A stretch of DNA of 64,000 nt from Macrostomum lignano (taxonomy: Eukaryota): contig NIVC01000920.1 of the NCBI GenBank assembly GCA_002269645.1, positions 124,001-188,000 of the forward strand, written 5' to 3'. Below the pieces are notes generated by a model. It saw only the letters and a program-made list of their open reading frames with translations. It ran no database searches and was not told where the DNA came from. Made by a program: the position numbers and the translations under genes. Positions 23,351 through 33,900 of this stretch are shown in pieces. Every line of letters begins with the position of its first letter. Position 1 is the stretch's first letter.

Positions 23351-24328
23351 CAAGATGATGCAAAGTTTGGTTTTGGAAGGTAAAGAAGTTAGTGACAGAA
23401 ATACTTCCGTTGGTTTTTGTATTCGCTGCGGTGCATGGTTACAAGCAATGGGCGATTAAAATTGTCTCTTTAACTAGCGGTCAAAAACATTCCAGTGTCT
23501 TTAAAGTTTTCAGCGGTGTAAAAGTTGGTGCCGAGCCATAAAAAAGTTACTCATACAGACCTTAATTAACACAGGTGGCCACAGCGAATTGTTTCTACTC
23601 TCGAGCCATTATTCATCTTTAGCAGCTTTTGGTCCCAAAAGCGCAGTTCGGCCCAACCGCGCTGTTGACACAGAATTTCTTCCTTCTCCCCTCCCAGCCT
23701 CCGACCCCAGAAATTCCTCCACAATGATCAGTTGCCTACTGCCCCTGCGTCACGGGATTCGTAATCGATTTTTCTACCCTGTAGAGTGGGAAAAAGAGGC
23801 AGAAGTGAAGGGGGTTCGAAGCACACTGCAGGCACACACGGAGGATTTCAAACGCTTAACCGACGATAATCTTCCAAAATAGGGGCAGGGAGTGGCAGAG
23901 GAGGCAAATACCGGGACAGAAATCGGCGACGCAAGCAGATTAGGATTCTGCAGCTGCTTCGCTTCCAGTGTGAAACATTGCCGCGGATGCTGAACAGATG
24001 ATGACTTGGTCAGCACAACCCCTGCAGAACCCCTCACCCAGACCTTGGCTTTGGAGGACGGACACGTTGGACCTCCTTCGCTCTATAGCGGATTTTGCAT
24101 GGAACCAATCGTAAACCAAATTCACCCATAGGCTAGCCTATGCCCCTCTATCCCTTTTTTCTGGCACCGACTTCCAGAGGCGGAGGCAGAGAGTCAGGTA
24201 TATACGCCAAGTAAAAATAGAACTTGCCTACAGGTCTACGAGCTCGTTCTGATTCAGCCGAAGAGCAGCTGCCTCTGTCCTCTAGAAATTATCCTCACGT
24301 TTTCTATCTACGACCTTATACTTGAAAA

Positions 24329-25264
24329 ATGCCATTCAAGGTAGGTACATGCTGTTTTTAACAAAAGTATTTTCATGTCGCATGCAGTGAACCTTTTTTT
24401 ACAACAACAAAAAACAGGCCCCGGAGACTGAGAAGTGCATCCGATGCACCAAGAGCGTCTACGCCGCCGAACGCATGGAAGCTGGAGGTCGAATCTGGCA
24501 CAAGATGTGTTTCCGTTGCAAGGAGTGCGACATGAAACTCAAGTGAGCCGGTGTACATAAGGGATGCAGTATCTTGTTTGCAAACGAAAAGTACTGAGAA
24601 AGGACATGAGTCACCCAAGACCAAACCCCTCTATCAATGTCGATCGCCTCTCCCTCCAGGCCTCACCCTCTCCCTTCAGGCCTCACCCTCTCCCTCCAGA
24701 TCTCGCCCTCTCTCCAGGTCTCGCCCTCTCTCTCCAGGTCTCGCCCTCTCTCTCCAGGTCTCCCCTCTCCCTCCAGGTCTCCCCTCTCCCTCCAGGTCTC
24801 CCCTCTCCCTTCAGGTTTCCCATATCGCTCCAGGTCTCCCCTCTCCATCTAGGTCTCACCCTCTCTCTCTCTCCAAGTCTTACCCTCCTCTCCCTCCAGG
24901 TCTCACAATCTCTCTCCAGGTCTCGCCCTCTCCCATCATGTCTAGCCCTCTCCCTCCAGGTCTCCCCTCTCCTTCCAAGTCTCCCCTCTCCTTCCAAGTC
25001 TCCCCTCTCCCTCCAGGTCTCCCCTCCCTCTTCCTCCACTTCAATATCCAATCCTATTCCTCCTTAGTAGTTCTTATCGCCGGTCCAGATAATAATTCAA
25101 ACCATGTGGGACCAAATTAAATAAGCATTTAAATCCCTCAAATCTAAAACTGGAACCCCCGCAGCCTGAACAATTACGCCCAGAACGAGGGCACCCTCTA
25201 TTGCAAGACCCACTACAACAAGATGGTCGTGGCGCTTAACAGCCAGACACCCAACTGCGCCTGA
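24329..25264 (+). CDS. Single-LIM-domain protein (muscle LIM protein / CRIP-like), 78 aa
   Basis: Exons 24329-24340 (MPFK), 24418-24542 and 25165-25264, all GT-AG, give [65 protein letters not shown]... with a complete C2-H-C-C2-C-H LIM consensus. It is missing from the ORF track because the exons are short. Confidence 0.9.
24655..25030. repeat. Pyrimidine-rich ~19-21-bp degenerate minisatellite in LIM gene intron 2
   Basis: CCCTCTCCCTCCAGGTCTC-type units. Confidence 0.9.
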
Positions 25265-26029
25265 TCATCGTTAACATCAACATGAGCGTATAATGCAAGA
25301 TCTGTATACGTAGAAAAACTATATGAAATACGAGCTAACGGAATGCGTTCGATGCACTTTAATGCTACATACGAAGTACATGTACATGTTATTAACTCTC
25401 AAATGAGTCTCAATCCTATGCACACTAACATGCATCGATTTAGAATACAAGCATGCATCTGTTTTATTGTTCGCAGAGAATTTGTTTCAAAAATCTACTT
25501 ATGGCTACGCGTCTTTTTTGCTCCCCCATATACAGCGGGAAAATAGACTAACTAGCATGCGACTACCTGACTCGTTGGTAATATAGGGAATAGTCTGTGC
25601 AAGTTGACATTGCATGCTCAAGAACTACAAGTACTGTCCAGTATTTTTATGCCATTGAGTGTATCATCGCAATGCAATCATTTTCCTTAGATATCCTCGT
25701 TTAGATTTTAGCAATTGCGACTTTTGGGCTAACAAACCGGACAGGACCCTTAGTTTATTTTAAACTAAACAAATCGTATCATTATTTATTCTGACCCCCC
25801 GCAGAGTTCAAAGATTCAAATGGACAGTCAATCAGCGACGATAAAAAGAGCAAGGAAGGAAAAGACCGCTAGGCTGGCTATATATGGGGTAGAGGGTACA
25901 CTAGAAAATCGATAAACCGCGTGGACTGCGACCGCCACCCCACAATCCCCTGTAGGCCATTAGGGTTGCGGGTTTGAAAGAAATAGGGGCTCAATAACTG
26001 ATGAAAAAAATCGATAAACTTCACCCTAC

Positions 26030-26335
26030 AAATGCGCGGCGCTCTGATGTGCCAGCCAGCGGCCCAGGCTCGATTTCAAAAGTACAGTCACATTAATTTG
26101 GGGCTAAATTGGAATCTCGGCTTGGCGATCTGCTCGTGCAATTAACGCCCTTGAGGGCCAACCCACAAGACACAGTGAAGTGTACACGTCTAACGATAAA
26201 TAAAGTCCAGGGCCACTGTACACACCTGTGTGAGTGTGTGCCTGTGCGTATGACTGCGTACGTGTCTGCGCGCTTGTGTGCCTGCTCAGGGGAGTCAGTT
26301 CTGTGACAATGTCGCTTAAGTGCGCCAATAAAAAG
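26030..26335 (+). mobile_element. SINE family B copy
   Basis: B-box GGCTCGATTTC and a body that is the reverse complement of 20660-20950. Confidence 0.7.
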
Positions 26336-26599
26336 AGACCAGAAAAAGGATTTAGACAATCGATGGTTGATGTTCAATGTGTATGAGACCCGTTTCAAAA
26401 TCTGCTCTTTTACTCTTTTAAGTAAAAAGTTTGTTTACCTATTATAGAATTTAGGGTATTTAGATTAGAAAGACAATGCTATATGATGTTTATGTATAGC
26501 ATGCATGCACAGTTTGTCAAGTTTACCGCGATATAAATGTCGTATTCAAAATATAATCTACCATTTGAATATAACAAAGCGTACAGTGTTATTTTCTAT

Positions 26600-26900
26600 A
26601 ATAGTAATAATTGATTACACCTGCCCTAATGGTCAGATGTGCAACCGACAGCTCAGCCGCAGCTATTGCGCGGAGCATCTGAAAGCTGCGTACGGCTATT
26701 CATTCCAAGGACTGGGGGGTCGCCACACACCCTCAATTACCCCAGCTAATGCTGGCACCCATTTTAAAGCTGGGTGAACTGAAGCAATGCAGTGTTAAGT
26801 AAGTGTCTTGCTCAAGGACACAAATTTTCCGAGTTGGTCGAGAATCGAACCTCCGACCTTCCAGTCGTGAGTCCGACGCTCTAACCACTAGGCTACAACC
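26600..26900 (-). mobile_element. SINE family A, near full length
   Basis: Collinear with 3875-4170, including A/B boxes and the CORE-like segment. Confidence 0.82.
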
Positions 26901-27554
26901 CCGCTATATTTTCTATGCTGTATTAATAAATGCTGCGCAGTGTTGTGCAATGTAGTAAAAGTAGTAGAAAAAAGATGGAAATGTTTTTAAGAAGCCAGCA
27001 TCCGTATAGTTTGGACAGAATAAATTCAAATGTAGTAAAGGACCGCTAGAAGTCATGGTTGTATCAAGACGTAACAGTCAGGTTCAATGGAAATTTAATA
27101 TGAAGGCCAAAAGTCACTTTAGATGCATGACCGAGATGAAATGAAAGTCGGTGATTTAGCAATTAATGGACGATTTCTTACCATTCCAAATCTATCCTTT
27201 GTTGCCTCCCCAACGGGGGGGACGAAGATTGCTAGTACTATATACTAAAAATGAACTGTTTCTGACTGCCTCCATGTGATTGATATCAGAAAATTTAAAG
27301 CCAAAAAACAGAAATTTCATACACCGTTAGTGTACTTTAAACGCAATTCAAATCAATCGTTCATTGATTTAACGCGAGTGTTACGTCCTATACTGATGCA
27401 ACCGTAACTGTTATAGTGGTCCAATATATCCAACCTCAAGAGGGATACATGGTCTTGAAAACTTTGGTCACACTATAAATGCAGGGGAATATTATTGAAA
27501 GTAAGAGAGTATGTCGACCGATCCTTATAGATTGGCGGATCAACGGCGGTCAAT

Positions 27555-27925
27555 AGGGTCAGCTGACCCCCCCCCCCGATGGCAAAATTACGTATCCAAT
27601 AGAGTTAGTTTCCAATGCGTCTTTTTTGGTAGTAGGAACCTCCCTAAGACATATCTAATTCATTTATGGTCCCCTAAGAAGCTCGTTTCTACAAACATTG
27701 TGAAGAATTAATAATGAAAACATTATAATAAACAAAACTAAACTTTAATAGAAACATTACTTATTCACCTTTTTGTAGAAACGAGCTTCTTAGAGGATCA
27801 TAATTGAATTGGATACGTCTCAATGACTTTCCTACAAAAAGAAATACGTATTGGAGACGTCCGATTTCCATAGGATACGTAATTTTGCTATCCACCCCCA
27901 GAAAATTGGGGGTGTCAGTCATGAC
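27555..27925. mobile_element. Foldback/MITE-like element with ~130-bp inverted arms
   Basis: GCAAAATTACGTATCC...CTAAGAAGCTCGTTTCTACA is mirrored by TGTAGAAACGAGCTTCTTAG...GGATACGTAATTTTGC around an AT-rich spacer. Confidence 0.7.
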
Positions 27926-29168
27926 CTCATGGAATTGTTTTGTTTGCCCTGTCATATTTATTGCTTAAAAGTATCTCAAGCTCGGAGCTTAAACTCACTG
28001 CGTATCCAGGGGGTCAAGGGGGTCGACTGGTCCCCTGGAAAATCCAGGATCCGCCACTACTTACGAGTACCTACTGCATACAGTCGTGTAAAAACACCCC
28101 GTCGAATAACAATTTTTTATGCCAGCTAGATCTATAACGCTGGGAAGATCTAAGATCTAAGAAAAAATTGTGTGAACCAATCGGCGCGCATCGAGAGGCA
28201 GAAGTTTGTTTTGTAACTCGTAGGAAGCGCTACAAAACTTCAAAGCTTGCGTATTGACATGACGTATTTTTAGCATTCGTAGATTTTTTAGCAGAATTTT
28301 TGGTTTTTTGCAGGCTATTGGACAACATTTTCAGTTACAGATTGGCATTTTGAAAGCTTCAGAAATTCGCCTCTGAAGTGCGGTGTTGTGTACATCCGCA
28401 GACCCATAATAGGCTACTTCTAGAAATATTTTCCCCACCTTAAAATAGCCATCAGTCCGTCTGTTGTCTGCTTGCCTAACCATAGGTATCTGTCAATGTG
28501 TAGACTTATTAGACATATCCAGCAACATAAGAATTTACATCTAGTTATGTGACACCCATCATGCAGAAATATCCTATTATTATAGTTAACTTAGCACAAC
28601 TATTCCTACCCCAAGAACAGAATTGAACGATTAAAAGTGTTCTGTTGATATAGAGTCACAGCCTGCTCATGCAAATTTTCGGTCGGTTTTAAGCTAGATC
28701 TTATATATTTTCACGGTTAAATGTTAACACATGTATACACACAAGCTGTGACAACCGAATTGCATAATTAGGTAGCTCGATTGCATTTCACTGCTGTTAA
28801 GCTCCAGTCCTCATTCCAGGCAGCAGAAGCAGTGACTGAAACACCCGGCCGCTACAGCATGGTATGTACTGTAAATAAACAGTACACTTAGTGACTTTCA
28901 CTTGACTACAAACTTCTCTGGAGATCAGCAAACACCAAAGGAGATGAGAGCTTTACTTAATCTGGAATAATGTAGAATCGCGTTATACAAAATATAAATC
29001 AGAATAAAAATGTATATTGCAAAGTCTATATAAAATGGAAAAGCCGACTAAGAAATAAAGCAGTCGTGACGTCAAAATATTCGGATTTAAATTACAAGGA
29101 AAATAGTATACTATCAGTAATCTTTAAAGCATTTAACGATTTTCAAATCGCATCTCAGTTCTTAAAAA

Positions 29169-29411
29169 TCACATTGACATGGGCTTGAAACTGACATCGC
29201 ATTTTTTGCAGTGCAGAGTCGGACTATCCGGCGAGATGCAGCAGCCGCCCAGCTTCACTCGACCGGCCTCGGCGCTGGCCATCAGTTCCGAGCTGGGCCG
29301 GCCATAGACTATGGGCACGATCACCGAGCTATCGGCGTTCAACTGATGGCCACATTGTGGACACGCTTCATCGCTTTCTGCAGATTGCTGCTGCCGCTTT
29401 TGTTCGCTCAT
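29169..29411 (-). CDS. Small zinc-ribbon protein A (CPxC...IVYGxP...LGGCC...HCxxC), 80 aa, intronless
   Basis: Clean ATG-to-stop ORF, GC-rich against AT-rich flanks. Its motif positions are conserved with the paralogue at 30025-30234. Confidence 0.8.
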   Translation of the reverse strand: MSEQKRQQQSAESDEACPQCGHQLNADSSVIVPIVYGRPSSELMASAEAGRVKLGGCCISPDSPTLHCKKCDVSFKPMSM

Positions 29412-30024
29412 TCCTACTTGTGAACTCCCTGAAAATTGGTTCAGGACGGCAATACTCGTAATAAACTAATGTACATGAAGACACTTATAAGCAGCGGGTC
29501 TCAAGGGCTGTTTGGGAGCGGGTCTCAACGGCTGTTTGGGAGAAACAGAGAAGGGATATCAAGATAACTTGAAACGCGTAAGAGGATAAACTCTGTATAA
29601 AATCCAATTTTAATATCAAAATAGACTTATTTGAAGTATCACAGATTTATAATTAAACACAAAGCAAAACATGTTTTAAAAAGCACAAAGGCAGAAACGC
29701 ATATTTAAAAAATAATGTACACGTAGATACGCTTATGTTCAAGAAAAAAGTTAAAAGTACACGAATATCCAAAGTATGGGAGCTTTGGTTTTCGTATATC
29801 TGCAATGAAAACAGTTTTTAAGCTTTAAAAAAGCATATAAGTTACTAAAAGTAGCGTAAAAACTGTTTCAAAGAATTATGCTCGTAATTCACGGAAAAGC
29901 GAAATTGTTCCATAAATTTCATAAATTCATTCTCTTACAGGCTGTGATGCTTGATCGATATTAGAGTTAAACAGTATAAAAATTGAACTGTACTTCGGCA
30001 TGAGTGGATTTTTTCCCCAAAATG

Positions 30025-30234
30025 TTACGGACGAAAATCGAATTTGCACGCTTTGCAGTGCTTGGTTGGACAATCGGGCGTTACGCAACAGCCGCCCAGT
30101 TTCACAGCGCCAGACTTGGCCTTCTCCATCAGTTGGTGGTTTGGTTTGCCATAGACTATGGACACCATGTGTTCTGAGCTGTTGCAGTTGGGACAGGAGG
30201 AACTCTCCTGCTTGTCTCGCTGCTTCTGATCCAT
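30025..30234 (-). CDS. Small zinc-ribbon protein B, 69 aa, intronless paralogue of A
   Basis: MDQKQRDKQESSSCPNCNSSEHMVSIVYGKPNHQLMEKAKSGAVKLGGCCVTPDCPTKHCKACKFDFRP; the ATG at 30234 is preferred over the track start at 30294. Confidence 0.8.
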   Translation of the reverse strand: MDQKQRDKQESSSCPNCNSSEHMVSIVYGKPNHQLMEKAKSGAVKLGGCCVTPDCPTKHCKACKFDFRP

Positions 30235-30923
30235 GATGATGCTATGAACCAGAGCTGGGGCTGCAACTGTTGGATTAACCCGAACCAATTGCATTGAAGA
30301 AAGACAGCATGATGCTATTTTTAGAATTACGTCAGTTTCTATATTTAAATCGGAAGTTAAATTCCTTTAGTTCGGAAATGGAAATCAGATTTCCGGATTA
30401 AAATGCGTGCATAGTATAACAGATTTCCACTTTACTATATTAAGTTTACATATAAGTTTATACTTGCTAATGAATTCAAATAGTTATTTATAGTTTGTTA
30501 CGGATTAAAAAAACAAAGGCAAAGGCGACCATAAAATTTAGCGATGAATGGACAGATTACCGTAGACTTTATTAGAGCGAATAAATATATTGCCGCTGGA
30601 TAGAAAAATTCATTTGAAAGAATAAGAAAAGTTTTCCTCACACTTCTATCATAGGGGAAGCTGCTAAATAAATTATCTGAATTAATGAGCAATTCAATAA
30701 CATGTTCAGAAACTGATATACCTGTGTCATCTGTATAATACGAATACTGCAAAATTAAAAATCGATATAAAATATAATAATTAGCAGAGCTAAAGCACTA
30801 GAGCAGAAAAACCGTTAGCGATTGGAAAAAGTTATGGCAAAATTCATGGAAATTCCATGGAAAATCCTGAAAACTTGACAAACAATGGTCAAGAAAGTTC
30901 AATTTTTCAACCCCGGAAAAAGT

Positions 30924-33900
30924 TCAAGCCTCCTCGGTGACGCCCATCACGTGCCGATTAAACCACAGCACGATGTCGACAAACACGCTGCTCTGAACTG
31001 GGACGCTGCTCATCGGATGGCAATCGTCAGGACACACCAGCAGCCTAGTTGGCACATTCCTCGCTCGCAGAGCCCGGTACAGCTCCCGACCCTGCTGCGG
31101 CGGCACCCGGAGATCCTTGAGTCCCACAGCGACCAGCGTCGGCGTGTTGACTTTGGACGCGTGCGACAGCGGAGACTTGGACCACAGCAGGGCCAGGGTC
31201 TCCGCGTCCAGCAGGCGGTCGTGGCTGAATGGCAGGCCGCTCTGCTCGTAAACCCAGTCGGGAATGTCGCTTCCGCCGACCATGGTGGCCAGGTTGATCA
31301 CCGGGTTGCGCAGCACGGCGGCTTTGAACATGCCGGGCCGCTGGCCAATCAGGTGGCCCCCGAGAAAGCCGCCGTGCGAGCCGCCAAACGCGGCGAGTTT
31401 CTCACCATCAAGACGAGGCAGCGCGGAGTTATCAGCGGACGAAGCCGACTCGGCCAGCGTCTCCTCCACTGCCTGAATGCAGTCGGACACGTCGCGCTCG
31501 CCAATGCCGCCGAGCAGGGAGTCGACGGTCGATTTGCCGAATCCGAGCGAGCCGCGGTAGTTGATCACCAGGACAGCGTAGCCGCACCTGGTTGAGGTAA
31601 GTATGCAGACTTGGGGAAACTCGCTCACCCGCTACCCACCTCACTCCCCGCCCGACACTAACCTCACTCCCTGCCCCGACACCCACCTCACTGCCTGCCC
31701 CGACACCCACCTCATTCCCTGCCCCGACACCCACCTAACTCCCTGCCCCGACACCCACCTCACTCCCTGCCCCGACACCCACCTCACTGCCTGCCCCGAC
31801 ACCCACCTCACTGCCTGGCCCAACACCCACCTCACTGCCTGCCCCGACACCCACCTAACTCCCTGCCCCGACACCCACCTCACTCCCTGCCCCGACACCC
31901 ACCTAACTCCCTGGCCCGACACCCACCTCACTGCCTGGCCCGACACCCACCTCACTGCCTGCCCCGACACCCACCTCACTCCCAGCTAACACAAAACAAA
32001 TCTATAGTGCACCTGGCTAGTCCGCAGACGTAGCGCATATAAGTAGCGGTAAACGATGTGTTAGGTCCGCCGTGCGGAAACGCGATCAACGGAAGCGGCA
32101 GCTCAGTGATTGCTGCTGGCTTCTCTTCGTCTCCCTTTTTGCTATCCTTCTTCTTAGACGAGCCAACTGGCCACACCAGAATCGATTCGAACAATTGATT
32201 CCCGAATTCGGGATGGGCCAATTTCGCCGTGTGCTGCTTCACCCGCCAGGCGATGTCGTTCAGCTTGAAGCAATCGGTCAGACAGGTCCACTTAATGTTT
32301 GAAGTCAGCGGCTTGCTTGCGTCAATGAATCCAGCGGCGATAAATGGCGGCACGTTTGGCGCGCTGGCCTCAACAACCAGCCAGTCGCGATGAAAGTCCA
32401 AGACTTTAGCGCTGCTCGCATCTGGCGGTAGCGGCAGCAGCTCGCCGATCTTGGTCTTGACGTCAATCGCCAGCAGGCAATCTTTGCTCCGATTGATGCT
32501 GCTAAGAACGACGGTGCGACAGTTGGAGGACCAGCAGCGAGACGGCAGGCTGTCGGCGTAAATTCCTGGAAAGCCTGCGCTGCCAGCCTGCGTAGGGAGG
32601 AATGGCGAGTCTGATTGCAGACAGAAACTGGCTTTGAGAGCCTGAGACTGGGCACTGATTACAGATGAGACTGAGGCACTGATTACAGCTGAGACTGAGG
32701 CACTGATTACAGCTGAGACTGAGGCACTGATTAGAGCTGAGACTGAGGCACTGATTGGAGCTGAAACTGAGACACTGATTAGAGCTGAGACTGAGGCACT
32801 GACTACAGCCTGAGACTGAGGGTCTGATTACAGCCTGAGACTGAGGGTCTGATTACAGTCTGTGACTAAGGGGTCTGATTACAGTCTAAGACTAAGAGGT
32901 CTGATTACAGTCTGAGACTAAGAGGTCTGATTACAGTCTGAGACTAAGACGTCTGATTACAGCCCGAGACTGAGGGTCTGATTACAGCCTGAGACTGAGG
33001 CACTGACTACAGCCTGAGACTAGGGGGTCTGATTACAGTCTGAGACTAAGGGGTCTGATTACAGTCTGAGACTAAGAGGTCTGATTACAGTCTGAGACTA
33101 AGGGGTCTGATTACAGCCTGAGACTAATGGGTCTGATTACAGCCTGAGACTAATGGGTCTGATTACAGTCTGAGACTAAGGGGTCTGACTACAGTCTGAG
33201 ACTGGGGGTCTCATTACAGCCTGAGACTGGGGCTCTGATTACAGCCGGAGACTGGGGCTCTGATTACAGCCGGAGACTGGGGCTCTGATTACAACCCTAA
33301 CACCCACCCCGCGATTACGCACCTGATTAACAAAATCGATAATGAACCGTATATCCTTTGTGGCCCAATCGCACCAGATGAGCCGTCTACACTGTTTATG
33401 CGGACCTGATGGCTCATTCTGCAGCCACACCAGCTGGGTCTGGCACGGGCTGAACCTGGGCGATGACACGGCTCGAGTATCGTGACCAATCACCGCGCAC
33501 TCTCCGCTGCGAAAGTCCAGATAGTAAATTGCGGACGGCCTCTGATTGCAATAGATTACACCCAGCTGATAGGGCAGCTCTTTGTAGCCAACAAAGACTA
33601 CGCCAGCGTCGTCAGGAGCCCAGCAAGGTTCCGTTGGCAGCACGCCGTCGGGTATGCCATCGTCAAGCACGGTGACGACCTCGGAGTCAACATCGAGAGT
33701 GCACAGCACTGGTCGCTTGTACTCGGATAGTTGCTCGCCAAAGTGTTCCACGCTATCATACTGCTTGCCAACTGATTTGGCCTCGCCAGGTCTGTGAAAA
33801 TATCAGACAGACAAAAACAATAGTAGATATTTTACAAGCCCAAATTCAGGACTCTAGAAATGTAAGTTAATAATGATGATTAATTGACTGCACCTGCCCA

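Noticed and set aside
28150-29030. Small spliced plus-strand transcript (CCAAT box, splice-like sites, AATAAA)
   Set aside because: No coherent ORF; such signals arise by chance in AT-rich DNA.
30885-31595. 236-aa plus-strand ORF
   Set aside because: Antisense shadow of the GC-rich last APEH exon; the same applies to the antisense ORFs over DAPK1 and the receptor exons.
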